From an uncultured Spirochaetota bacterium (GTDB lineage Bacteria > Spirochaetota > Brevinematia > Brevinematales > JAOACQ01), in the NCBI GenBank assembly GCA_963835575.1, contig CAWIGG010000004.1, positions 544,001 to 608,000 of the forward strand: a stretch of 64,000 nt of DNA. The letters run 5' to 3'. Made by a program: the position numbers and the translations under genes. Within the stretch, counting starts at the first letter, position 1. Every line of letters begins with the position of its first letter. Shown here piece after piece: positions 10,946 to 20,347 of the stretch. The notes beneath the pieces were generated by a model, which did not search any database, was not told the origin of the DNA, and saw only the letters and a list, made by a program, of their open reading frames with translations.

Positions 10946-11311
10946 ATGGCTGAATGCTGCAGCTGCGGAAGCGGCGGGATCAAACTGATATACGCATGTT
11001 CCGGCGCCGCCAACACGGGATATTTAGCGGACGCAGCCGCGAGAAAGCTGATGAAAGACAACGCCGGTAAAATGACATGCCTTGCAGCGATGGGAGCGGA
11101 ACTTTCCGGGTTTATAGAATCCGCTAAATGCGCTGAAAAGAATATTGTTATTGACGGATGTCCGGTTTCCTGCGGGAAAAAGATATTTGAAAAGCTGGGT
11201 TTGCCATTTGAGCATTTTATCACGACTGATTTCGGGGTGGAGAAAGGGAAGACGGAAATTACCGCTGAAGTTATAGACAGAGTTGCAATGAGCGTGGCTG
11301 AGAGGTTATAG
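10946..11311 (+). CDS. DGC-domain putative zinc-binding protein
   Basis: ACSGAAN, IDGCPVSC. Confidence 0.85.
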   Translation: MAECCSCGSGGIKLIYACSGAANTGYLADAAARKLMKDNAGKMTCLAAMGAELSGFIESAKCAEKNIVIDGCPVSCGKKIFEKLGLPFEHFITTDFGVEKGKTEITAEVIDRVAMSVAERL

Positions 11312-11313
11312 GC

Positions 11314-12264
11314 ATGTGGAAAACTTTTGTCGACTGGCTGGTATATAAAATAATCGGACTTTCGCCGGAATCGCATATAGGGGCCGCGCTGAATTTCTTC
11401 GTTTACGACACGGTCAAGATTTTCTTTCTGCTTGCGGTCATTATTTTCGCGATAGCCATTATCAGAAGTTTTTTCCCGCCGGAAAAGACAAAGCAGATAC
11501 TGGAGAAAGTTCCGGAGTTCGTCGGGAATATTCTGGCATCCCTGCTCGGTATAGTGACACCTTTCTGTTCGTGTTCGGCAGTCCCGCTTTTCATCGGTTT
11601 CATCGAAGCGGGAATTCCTTTAGGGGTAACATTTTCTTTTCTGGTTTCTTCACCGATGGTCAATGAAGTCGCGCTGATTATGCTCTGGGGAATGTTTGGT
11701 TGGAAGGTGGCTGTTATTTATATTGCCAGTGGCATTGTGATCGCTATTCTCAGCGGGTTAGCCATCGGCAGAATGAAACTGGAAAAGCAGGTGCAGGATT
11801 ATGTTTATAAAATCAAATCCGGGAATGCGGAAATTGAAAAACAGACCTGGAAAGACCGGTTCCTTTATGCGCGCGATTATGTCGGCGAAATCATCGGCAA
11901 AGTCTGGCCTTATGTCCTTGTTGGCATAGCAATCGGCGGGTTTATGCACGGGTACGCTCCGGCTGATTTCCTGTCGAAAGTTGCCGGTCCCGGCAACTGG
12001 TTTGCCGTCCCGATAGCGGTCTTGATCGGCGTTCCGCTCTATTCCAACGCGGCGGGGGTCATCCCGATCGTGAAAGTTCTCATGGACAAAGGGATGGCAA
12101 TAGGGACGGCATTGGCCTTTATGATGGCTGTCACGGCCCTGTCGCTGCCGGAAGCAGTTATTCTCAAGAAGGTCCTTAAAACAAAACTGCTGGTTATCTA
12201 TTTCAGCGTTGTGGCTGCAGGAATAATGCTGACAGGGTATTTGTTTAACTGGATTTTAAAATAA
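11314..12264 (+). CDS. DUF318/ArsP-family permease
   Basis: TPFCSCS motif, ALSLPE, multiple TM helices. Confidence 0.9.
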   Translation: MWKTFVDWLVYKIIGLSPESHIGAALNFFVYDTVKIFFLLAVIIFAIAIIRSFFPPEKTKQILEKVPEFVGNILASLLGIVTPFCSCSAVPLFIGFIEAGIPLGVTFSFLVSSPMVNEVALIMLWGMFGWKVAVIYIASGIVIAILSGLAIGRMKLEKQVQDYVYKIKSGNAEIEKQTWKDRFLYARDYVGEIIGKVWPYVLVGIAIGGFMHGYAPADFLSKVAGPGNWFAVPIAVLIGVPLYSNAAGVIPIVKVLMDKGMAIGTALAFMMAVTALSLPEAVILKKVLKTKLLVIYFSVVAAGIMLTGYLFNWILK

Positions 12265-12276
12265 ATCGGGAGGATT

Positions 12277-12669
12277 TTGACAGTGACAAAAAAAGTATTT
12301 ATTTTTATTATGTTTACACTCATTCTGTTTTCAGCCTGCGCAAAAAAAAGCAAAGAATCCGTAGCGGCTGCACCGGATACCGCCGGATACAAGGTCACTT
12401 TTATTGAGCTTGGTTCCGTTAACTGTGTTCCCTGCAAAATGATGCAGCCGGTTATGGCGGAAATCGAAAAAGAATACGCCGGAAGGGTCAAAGTGGTGTT
12501 TTACGATGTATGGACTCAGGAAGGCCGGCCCTATGGCCAAAATTACAGGATCAGGGTTATTCCGACGCAGGTATTTTTAGAAAAAGATGGGAAAGAGTTT
12601 TTCCGGCATGAGGGTTATTTCCCGAAAGAAGATCTGGTCAAGGTATTGGAATCGCAGGGTGTTAAATAA
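12277..12669 (+). CDS. thioredoxin-family lipoprotein
   Basis: Lipobox-like FSAC; CVPC; IPTQVF. Confidence 0.85.
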   Translation: MTVTKKVFIFIMFTLILFSACAKKSKESVAAAPDTAGYKVTFIELGSVNCVPCKMMQPVMAEIEKEYAGRVKVVFYDVWTQEGRPYGQNYRIRVIPTQVFLEKDGKEFFRHEGYFPKEDLVKVLESQGVK

Positions 12670-13379
12670 TGGACTTTTTGATCCATCTTTTTGACTTTTT
12701 CACTAAAATGTTCCAGTCCAATCCCTGGACTGCTGTTTTAGCGGCTTTCGGCTGGGGAATACTCAGTATTGTTCTAAGCCCGTGCCATCTTTCCAGCATT
12801 CCGCTCGCGATTGGTTATATAAATGGGAAAGGCAAATTGAAAACTTCGAGGGCTTTCTTTCTGTCTTTGATGTTTTCCCTTGGCATTTTGATAACAATTT
12901 CGTTTATCGGGTTGATAACAGGTTTGGCAGGCCGGATGCTGGGCGATATTGGAAAAGCCGGGACAATTATTGTCGCTGTTGTTTTTGTGCTGGTGGGCAT
13001 CTGGTTGATGGATTTTATACCTATTCCGCTATTACAATCAATAAACCCCAATATGAGAGGAAAAGGCGGTATAGGTGCGTTTGTTTTAGGACTTTTGTTC
13101 GGGCTGGCACTCGGCCCATGTTCTTTCGGGTTTATGATGCCGCTGCTCCTGGTTGTATTTCAGACTGCTCAAAGTAATATTGCTTATTCAATTATTTTAC
13201 TTTCCTCATTCGCGCTGGGTCATATCGGAATGATCGTTTTAGCGGGGACTTTTGTCAATTGGGTGCAGAATTACCTGAACTGGACCGAAAAATCGAAAGG
13301 CGTTATGATTTTCCGCAGAATTTGCGGAGGATTGGTTATATTGACCGGAATTTATTTGATAATTGGGCAATTCAGATAA
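12669..13379 (+). CDS. ccdA: CcdA/DsbD-type disulfide transfer membrane protein
   Basis: LSPCHL and GPC motifs, six TM helices. Confidence 0.85.
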   Translation: MDFLIHLFDFFTKMFQSNPWTAVLAAFGWGILSIVLSPCHLSSIPLAIGYINGKGKLKTSRAFFLSLMFSLGILITISFIGLITGLAGRMLGDIGKAGTIIVAVVFVLVGIWLMDFIPIPLLQSINPNMRGKGGIGAFVLGLLFGLALGPCSFGFMMPLLLVVFQTAQSNIAYSIILLSSFALGHIGMIVLAGTFVNWVQNYLNWTEKSKGVMIFRRICGGLVILTGIYLIIGQFR

Positions 13380-13442
13380 ACATGATAAAAAATTAACATC
13401 AAATTAACAAAAATTGGTTATTATATTATGTGAGGTTATCTT

Positions 13443-13877
13443 ATGGAAAAAATAAAAGTATTGTTTGTCTGTGTTCACAATTCCGCCCGGAGCCAGATTG
13501 CCGAAGTTTTTTTAAACCTCTTGGGTGGGGAGCGTTTTATTGCCGAAAGTGCCGGGCTGGAACCGGGTGTGCTCAATCCAAATGTTGTTGAGGTCATGAA
13601 GGAAACCGGCATAGACATTTCCGGTAATAAAACGAAAAGCGTTTTTGGTTTCTTTAAACAGGGGAAGATTTACAATTATGTCATTACCGTCTGCAACGCC
13701 TCGGCCGGGGAAAGGTGCCCGGTTTTCCCCGGAAGAGTAACCCGCCTTCACTGGGAATTTGACGATCCCGCCGGTTTTCAAGGAACGCATGAGGAAATTC
13801 TGGCAAAGACAAGGATAGTACGGGATCAAATTAAAAATAAAATTGAAGAATTTATAAATAAAGTCAAATTCCAATAG
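13443..13877 (+). CDS. arsC: thioredoxin-dependent arsenate reductase (LMW-PTP family)
   Basis: [13 protein letters not shown]...ERCP, HWEFDDP. Confidence 0.9.
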   Translation: MEKIKVLFVCVHNSARSQIAEVFLNLLGGERFIAESAGLEPGVLNPNVVEVMKETGIDISGNKTKSVFGFFKQGKIYNYVITVCNASAGERCPVFPGRVTRLHWEFDDPAGFQGTHEEILAKTRIVRDQIKNKIEEFINKVKFQ

Positions 13878-13964
13878 ATGGAAATAATTGGAAAAGATCC
13901 AATGCTTTAAGAATACAGTTATCATATCCATTCAACGCACATCAAAAAATATTTTTTAAACTCC

Positions 13965-14011
13965 TTGACATACAGGCTTTTTGTTGTTAACATATAAACA
14001 ATAGTTTATAT
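13965..14011 (+). promoter_or_regulatory. sigma70 promoter plus palindromic ArsR-type operator
   Basis: TTGACA-N17-TAACAT followed by atataaac-aata-gtttatat. Confidence 0.65.
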
Positions 14012-14041
14012 ATATAATCGTTTATATAAAAGGATGTTTAT

Positions 14042-14380
14042 ATGGATGAAGCGGTAAAACTCCAGATTTATTTCCAGATCCTGGGGGATTCCAACAGGCT
14101 CAGGATCATCAAATACATAGGGGGCAGGGAATGTTCCGTTTCCGAAATAGTCGAAAACACAAAGCTTTCGCAGCCGCTTGTTTCGCACCATCTGCGAACC
14201 TTGAGAGAGAATCAGGTACTTGAAACAAAAAGAAAAGGCGCTTTTGTGTATTACAAATTGAAAGATGAAAGGCTTCTGAGCGCTCTTGGAATATTCCTCG
14301 AAATAGTCAACTCCCTGAATGAGGAGAAAATGGCTTCGCCGATGTTCTCCATTCCGGGATGGTGGAATATGTGTAAATAA
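14042..14380 (+). CDS. ArsR/SmtB transcriptional regulator
   Basis: LGDSNRLRII, SQPLVSHHL. Confidence 0.9.
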   Translation: MDEAVKLQIYFQILGDSNRLRIIKYIGGRECSVSEIVENTKLSQPLVSHHLRTLRENQVLETKRKGAFVYYKLKDERLLSALGIFLEIVNSLNEEKMASPMFSIPGWWNMCK

Positions 14381-14438
14381 GCTCTAAATGGCGGATTCGA
14401 GAAATCCAATCAAATATAAAAAGTCAGGAGGGCACTTT

Positions 14439-14948
14439 ATGGGTATTAAAGAAAAGATGATGGAAGGCATGATGGGCAAGATGTCGGCGGAGGAAAAAAA
14501 GGAAATGATGGATAAGATGATGGACAGCTTCTTTTCCGGCATGACCGCCGAAGAAAAGCAGAACATGATGAAGGATATGATGCCGAAGATGATGGGTTCG
14601 ATGATGGGCGGCGGCTCATCTATGGGCGATATGATGAGTACTATGATGGGAGAAGGCGGTGGGCCCATGGATATGTGCAAAAGTATGATGTCTTCAATTT
14701 CTAAAAGCTCGGATATGGCCAGTTTTGCCTTGCCGGAAGTCAGGGACCTTTTTGAGGAATGGATGATCCAGATCGAGGAGGAAATTATGAACCTGATGGC
14801 CGGGAAAAAGGAAATAACGCCTGAAGAAATCGCCAAGGAACTAAAAATTTCGAAAAAGAGCGCCATCTATTTCGCCTCGCGGCTGGCACAGAACGGCAAG
14901 ATTTCCCTGAAGATAAATAAAGAGGATGAACATGGTAATGAAAAATAA
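14439..14948 (+). CDS. methionine-rich protein with C-terminal winged-HTH-like segment
   Basis: Dense MM/MxxM repeats; C-terminal ITPEEIAKELKISKKSA; AGGAGG RBS. Confidence 0.65.
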   Translation: MGIKEKMMEGMMGKMSAEEKKEMMDKMMDSFFSGMTAEEKQNMMKDMMPKMMGSMMGGGSSMGDMMSTMMGEGGGPMDMCKSMMSSISKSSDMASFALPEVRDLFEEWMIQIEEEIMNLMAGKKEITPEEIAKELKISKKSAIYFASRLAQNGKISLKINKEDEHGNEK

Positions 14949-15729
14949 TATGCAGGAAAATAAAGCTTGTAATGGAAAAGAGTGCGATATTCTTGAATTT
15001 ATGGCGAAAGATGTGGGTATGACAGTGCTTCACCCTGGCGGGTTCAAGGCGACCGACAGGCTGATGAATTGGTGCGGGATCAATACGGACGCTCATGTAC
15101 TGGACATTGCTTGCGGAAAGGGGAGCGGTGCAGTTTATATTTCAAAAAAATCCGGCTGCCGGGTGACCGGTATTGACCTGGATCATGGTTTACTGGAAGA
15201 AGCGAAGAAGCAGATAAAAAAAGGAGAGGCGGGAAGTCGGCTTTCTTTTTATCTGGAAAATGCTGAGAATTTATCTTTCAAGGACAATACTTTTGATGTG
15301 ACGATTTTTCAGGCTGCCCTTGTTTTGATCGGAGATGTACAAAAAGCAATAAAAGAAGCGGTAAGGGTTACAAAGAGAGGCGGGAAAATCGGCCTCCTGG
15401 AATTGACTTGGCTTAAAAAACCGGCCGGGGAAGTTCTTGAATCGGCTGTAAAAGATATCTGCGCGGCCTGCATGACTCGGGCTCTTCCTCCGGAAGGCTG
15501 GATAAAGCTCCTGGAGAATAACGGCCTGGCTTTGAAGCATACTCAAAGTTTTAATATGGAATTCAAGAATATGATGGGGGACGAAGGCCCACTTAATATG
15601 GTTAAAATCATGAAAAACATACTTTTCAATTCTTCAGTCAGAAAGAGGGTCTTGAAAATTAATAAATTTTTCGAAAAATACAATTCCTACCTGGGTTATG
15701 GCATTTATGTCGCTGAAAAAATAGGATAA
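14926..15729 (+). CDS. class I SAM-dependent methyltransferase
   Basis: HPGG, VLDIACGKG, FDV, CAAC. Confidence 0.85.
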   Translation: MNMVMKNNMQENKACNGKECDILEFMAKDVGMTVLHPGGFKATDRLMNWCGINTDAHVLDIACGKGSGAVYISKKSGCRVTGIDLDHGLLEEAKKQIKKGEAGSRLSFYLENAENLSFKDNTFDVTIFQAALVLIGDVQKAIKEAVRVTKRGGKIGLLELTWLKKPAGEVLESAVKDICAACMTRALPPEGWIKLLENNGLALKHTQSFNMEFKNMMGDEGPLNMVKIMKNILFNSSVRKRVLKINKFFEKYNSYLGYGIYVAEKIG

Positions 15730-15772
15730 ATGAAATATTTCTCAAAAATAAAATCATTTTAAGGAGTTCATC

Positions 15773-15997
15773 ATGTGCGGATACGGTTTCGGACTGTTTA
15801 ATCCTTTCGGATGGGGCCTTTGCGGCATCTTTTTCTTTCTTTTTATGGCGGTTGTCATTTATTCCTTGATAAGGAATGCCGGCGGTCATTCCTGGAGAAT
15901 GCCGGGTTATGATACACCCCTGAATATTCTCAAGAAGCGTTATGCCAGGGGTGAGATCAGCAGGGAAGAGTTTGAAAAAATAAAAAAGGATATCTAA
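15773..15997 (+). CDS. SHOCT-domain membrane protein
   Basis: One TM helix plus ILKKRYARGEISREEFE. Confidence 0.9.
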   Translation: MCGYGFGLFNPFGWGLCGIFFFLFMAVVIYSLIRNAGGHSWRMPGYDTPLNILKKRYARGEISREEFEKIKKDI

Positions 15998-16037
15998 TTT
16001 TAGGAAAGCATGAATCAATTAATTGCTAAAAAAGCTA

Positions 16038-16096
16038 TTATATCAACCCCAATTCAACACGGATTAGCACGGATGAAACAGATTTATGCGGATTTA
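16038..16096 (+). repeat. left arm of island 2
   Basis: ttatatcaaccccaattcaacacggattagcacggatgaaacagatttatgcggattta; partner at 17927-17980. Confidence 0.85.
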
Positions 16097-16197
16097 GTCG
16101 TAATAGAAAATGAGATAAATTGCTTTTTATCGATTAAATAGTTGTAAATATATATAATTGTTTTAAAATAATATAATTAAATTAGTGGAAATATATT

Positions 16198-17370
16198 ATG
16201 CAGAGTCTTAATGTTTCAGTTAATCCAATAATATTAAAATGGGCTCGTGAAAGATTGGGGCTTTCTATTGACAGTGTTGCTAAATTTTTGAAAAAAGATC
16301 CATCAATTATTATTCAATGGGAAAATGGTGAGAGTAAACCTACCTATGTTCAACTTGAAAAACTATCTTATCAATTATATAAAAGGCCATTAGCGGTGTT
16401 TTTTTTCCCAACCCCGCCTGATGAGCCAGAAATTACTAAATCTTTTAGAACTTTACCTGACATTGAAATTCAAAATTTTATTCCAGACACATATCTGGCA
16501 TTAAGGCAAGCACAATCAATGCAATTGGCTTTAAAGGAATTGAGTAATGATATTAATAAATCGGAAAAAAAGATTTTCTCTGATATAATTGTAGAAAATT
16601 TAGAAGATGTTATTTCTATCTGCTCTGAGATTAGAAGCTATCTTAATATTTCTATTGAAGAACAAATAAAGTGGATGAATGTAGACACAGCTTTAAAAAA
16701 TTGGAGAAAATTACTTGAGGATTCCGGGATTTATATTTTTAAGCGTTCATTTAAACAAAAAGAAATTTCCGGATTTTGCTTAATTGATATAGAATTTCCA
16801 ATTATATATTTAAATAATAGCACATCACAAAACCGACAGATATTTACAATATTTCATGAATTAGCCCATATTTTATTAAAAGTAAATGGAATGACAAAAG
16901 CCGATGATTCATATATTAATATTTTGGCAGGTATGAATAGAAATATTGAATATTTCTGTAATCAATTTGCCGGAGAATTATTAGTACCGTCGCAACATTT
17001 TAACTTAAATATAAAACAATTTCATGAGTTCAATGATGCTGCAATATATAAATTGGCAGACATATATAAGGTTAGTCGTGAGGTTATACTAAGGAAATTA
17101 ATAGATCGTAAATTAGTTGATGGTAGTATTTATGAATCAAAAGCAAATATTTGGGCAAAAGAATTTGAAAATAATCGCAAAGGGAAAAAGGGTGGGGATT
17201 ATTATTCAACACAGATTACTTATCTTGGTGATAAATTTCTAAAACTGGTTTTCAGCAAATATTATGAGGGGAGCTTCTCTATCGATCAAGTGGCTGATTA
17301 TTGCAATTTAAAAGTTAATAATATTGATAATTTAGAACATTATTTCATGAATAAGATGGCCAATATATGA
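16198..17370 (+). CDS. XRE-HTH plus ImmA/IrrE metallopeptidase
   Basis: N-terminal HTH (LKWARE...WENGESKP), FHELAH, CNQFAGELLVP. Confidence 0.9.
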   Translation: MQSLNVSVNPIILKWARERLGLSIDSVAKFLKKDPSIIIQWENGESKPTYVQLEKLSYQLYKRPLAVFFFPTPPDEPEITKSFRTLPDIEIQNFIPDTYLALRQAQSMQLALKELSNDINKSEKKIFSDIIVENLEDVISICSEIRSYLNISIEEQIKWMNVDTALKNWRKLLEDSGIYIFKRSFKQKEISGFCLIDIEFPIIYLNNSTSQNRQIFTIFHELAHILLKVNGMTKADDSYINILAGMNRNIEYFCNQFAGELLVPSQHFNLNIKQFHEFNDAAIYKLADIYKVSREVILRKLIDRKLVDGSIYESKANIWAKEFENNRKGKKGGDYYSTQITYLGDKFLKLVFSKYYEGSFSIDQVADYCNLKVNNIDNLEHYFMNKMANI

Positions 17371-17837
17371 TTTATATTTTTGATACCGGAGCTTTTATTG
17401 TAATAAGTCACTATTTTCCAGAAAGATTCCCTTCATTCTGGACAAAATTGAATGATTATGTGGAAAAAGGTTCTATTATATCAGTAAGGGAAGTATATAA
17501 TGAATTAAGCAACCATGGGAACAAACCTTTTTTGAAGAATTGGCTTGATAAGAATAAAGATATTTTCAGGATGCCTTCCGAAGATGAAATTAACTTTTTA
17601 AGCGAAATATTTCAAATCAATCATTTTCGTCAATTGATTGGGCAGGAACAGATTTTAAAAGGTAAACCAGTTGCTGATCCTTTTGTTATAGCTTCCGCAA
17701 GGATTAATAAAGGGTGTGTAGTTACTGAAGAAAGCTTTAAGATTAATGCTGCTAAAATACCTAATGTGTGCCAACATTTTTCGATTGATTGCACAAATAT
17801 TGAAGCATTTATGGAACGTGAAAAGTGGACATTTTAA
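17367..17837 (+). CDS. DUF4411 PIN-like protein
   Basis: YIFDTG, FPSFW, ADPFVIA, VVTEE, KIPNVC; ATGA overlap with the upstream gene. Confidence 0.85.
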   Translation: MIYIFDTGAFIVISHYFPERFPSFWTKLNDYVEKGSIISVREVYNELSNHGNKPFLKNWLDKNKDIFRMPSEDEINFLSEIFQINHFRQLIGQEQILKGKPVADPFVIASARINKGCVVTEESFKINAAKIPNVCQHFSIDCTNIEAFMEREKWTF

Positions 17838-17926
17838 TTTAAATAATAATTTTATAGGTGATAAATGGGAAATAATATAGATGAATTAAAACAGGAAAGA
17901 AAGTCTATTATTTAATTAAATTAATT

Positions 17927-17980
17927 TTCCGTGAAAATCCGTTCAATCCGCAAAAATCCGCGTTGAATTGGGTTATATAA
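17927..17980 (-). repeat. right arm of island 2
   Basis: Reverse complement ttatataacccaattcaacgcggatttttgcggattgaacggattttcacgga. Confidence 0.85.
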
Positions 17981-18058
17981 ACCAAGCTTAATAAAACGAA
18001 CAAAGGATTTTAATCCAATTTATTTTGTGTTACAGGTGTAGCCTGCCACCCTTTTCCA

Positions 18059-18087
18059 TCCGTGTTCTTCTGTGTAATTCTGTGGCT
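18059..18087 (-). repeat. CACAGAG-family periodic arm
   Basis: tccgtgttcttctgtgtaattctgtggct, similar to 60990-61020 and 28734-28755. Confidence 0.55.
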
Positions 18088-18116
18088 CACCCATTTCTTC
18101 CCGCCTTCCTGTTGGT

Positions 18117-19316
18117 CTAATCCCCGATCTCACTCACCTTCACATCAGGAACGGGAAATTTCTCCATAATCATCTTCTGCGCCGTATAAACGCTTTTGCC
18201 GGATTCGAATTTATACCCCAGTTCTTTTAAAGCCAGTTCCATGGCCTGAAGCTCCACAATTATGTCCGATTTATCCACATAGCCCAGGTGGCCGAGGCGG
18301 AAAACCTTGCCCTTGACAGGGCCCTGTCCTCCGGCGATCGTTACGCCGTATTTATCCCGCATCAGGCCCGGTATTTTGCTTCCGTCAATGCCCGCGGGGG
18401 CCTTTACAGCGGTGAGAGTATCGGAAGGCCTGACATGCGGTATATCGGCAAGAATGGAAAGCCCGATCGACTGAACGGCCTTACGGAAAGTTTCAGCGAC
18501 CATCGCATGCCTTTTTATTATATTCTCAAGCCCTTCCTCCCGCATCATCTTTAAGGCATGATTGAGGCCGGTGAAGAGCGTGATGGCAGGGGTCCAGGCC
18601 GTTGTGTTCTTTTCCTGGCTTTTCTTTTCCTTCGCGAGATCAAAATAAAACTTCGGAAGGTCCGATCTTTTCATTAATTTTTCCGCTTTATCCGAGTAAG
18701 CGATAAACGACAGACCCGGAGGTATCATAAAGGATTTCTGCGAACCGGCTATGGCGGCATCGACGCCCCACTCGTCCATTTTGAATTCCATCGCCCCGAT
18801 GGCGGTAATCCCGTCGACAATGAGGATGGTGTCTGTTTTTTTAACAATGGAAGCGATATTTTTAATATCAAAAGCGACCCCGGTTGAAGTCTCGCTGTAT
18901 TCGGTATAAACCGCTTTTATATCCGGATTTTCCCTGAGGGCTTTTTCGACCCCATCCGCTTTTATATCTTTGCCGTATTCAGCCGTCAATTCAATCATTT
19001 CGGCGCCATATGTCCGGCCGATCTCTGCGAACCTCTCGCCGAATTTCCCGGCGGAAAGAACCAGCGCTTTATCGCCTTTTGAGAGAAAATTGGTAACAGA
19101 AGCTTCCATGGCCCCTGTTCCTGATGAAGTCAGTGTCAGAACGGGGTTTTTTGTCTGGAAAACATACTTGAGCAGCTCGCCGTTCTCCCTGACAATGTTT
19201 GAAAACTGAGGCGTCCTGTGGTGAATGAGCGGTTTTGACATTTCCGAAAGGATCTCCGCGGGTACGGCTGTCGGCCCGGGAGAGCACACAAATTTTTTAA
19301 TCAATGTCAGCTCCAA
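18117..19316 (-). CDS. class V PLP aminotransferase (serine-pyruvate/alanine-glyoxylate type)
   Basis: PGPT, SGTGAMEA, SETSTG, GSQKSFMIPPG. Confidence 0.9.
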   Translation of the reverse strand: MELTLIKKFVCSPGPTAVPAEILSEMSKPLIHHRTPQFSNIVRENGELLKYVFQTKNPVLTLTSSGTGAMEASVTNFLSKGDKALVLSAGKFGERFAEIGRTYGAEMIELTAEYGKDIKADGVEKALRENPDIKAVYTEYSETSTGVAFDIKNIASIVKKTDTILIVDGITAIGAMEFKMDEWGVDAAIAGSQKSFMIPPGLSFIAYSDKAEKLMKRSDLPKFYFDLAKEKKSQEKNTTAWTPAITLFTGLNHALKMMREEGLENIIKRHAMVAETFRKAVQSIGLSILADIPHVRPSDTLTAVKAPAGIDGSKIPGLMRDKYGVTIAGGQGPVKGKVFRLGHLGYVDKSDIIVELQAMELALKELGYKFESGKSVYTAQKMIMEKFPVPDVKVSEIGD

Positions 19317-19328
19317 TAAATATTTTAT

Positions 19329-20060
19329 TTAGCGGGAATTGTTATTATTTTTGTCTTTTACAAAAATGATGCTGATGATCGTCCCGACTTTATCGCTGTA
19401 CTGATTCAGGTTGTTCGGGTCCGCTTTCCATTCGTCATCAACAACAAAACAGTATGAATGAATTCCGGGCTTCAGTCGGATATTGACGGAAAATTCCCCT
19501 GCCCCTGAGTTTTTCAACGGAGTCGCGTATGGGTTCCAGTTATTAAAGTCGCCCACAAGGGAAACGTTCCTGGCCGATGTATTTTCATAATTAAATTGAT
19601 AAATATCCTTTTCGAGCCAGAGAGGATACGTGGCATGCGGGATAAAGTCTTCTTTTAATTCAAAATACGATACGGGCTGGCCGCTGTCATCTATGATAAC
19701 ATTGGTATTATAAGGATCGCTGATCCAGATATCGTCGACCATCAGCTTATATTTATAAATGCCTTTCGGAAGGCGTTCTTCCCAGACATACTGCCAGAAA
19801 TTCGTGTTTTTCTGGTCCATAAGAAGTTCGGGCTTCCAGTCGTTAAAATCGCCGCCTACCAGTATTTTACCGGCCTTTTCTTTATAAAAGAAAATGATGG
19901 CGTCATTAAGGATCCAGGGGGAATTTACCCAGTAGTCCTGTTGATTCGTGAGCTTTTGATATTCCGCTTCCTTACTTAAACGTTCTTTAAACTGTGAATG
20001 GAATTGTAAAGGAATGATAAGAAAAAATGCTGTCAGGACCATGAAATATATTTTCATCAT
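19329..20060 (-). CDS. exported protein with two glycogen-binding (CBM48/AMPK-like) domains
   Basis: Two GDFNxW...YxFxVDxxW..DP repeats; signal-like N-terminus. Confidence 0.8.
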   Translation of the reverse strand: MMKIYFMVLTAFFLIIPLQFHSQFKERLSKEAEYQKLTNQQDYWVNSPWILNDAIIFFYKEKAGKILVGGDFNDWKPELLMDQKNTNFWQYVWEERLPKGIYKYKLMVDDIWISDPYNTNVIIDDSGQPVSYFELKEDFIPHATYPLWLEKDIYQFNYENTSARNVSLVGDFNNWNPYATPLKNSGAGEFSVNIRLKPGIHSYCFVVDDEWKADPNNLNQYSDKVGTIISIIFVKDKNNNNSR

Positions 20061-20148
20061 ATCCCCCTCTTTATATTAAGGGCTGTTCTAAAAACCGACA
20101 AAATATTAAGGAATTTAGAACATCTTATTCTCTAAGTATAAGACTTTA

Positions 20149-20221
20149 GGCATTTCCATCCCTCACCAGTTTGATTGCTCCTCAGGTGTAGCCTGACAAA
20201 CTGGTGAGGGATGGAAATGCC
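20149..20221. repeat. 25-bp perfect-stem intergenic hairpin (REP-like)
   Basis: ggcatttccatccctcaccagtttg...caaactggtgagggatggaaatgcc; outer stem resembles 63529-63601. Confidence 0.7.
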
Positions 20222-20347
20222 CTTAATCTCCGCATTATTATAAAATGAAAAGACCCGGCAGGCAAAATAATAATAGAGATTATACGCGGGTGCTCCTGTT
20301 TATTTTTCGGATTTCTCAGCAGAATGAAAAGAAAGAATTGACAAATT

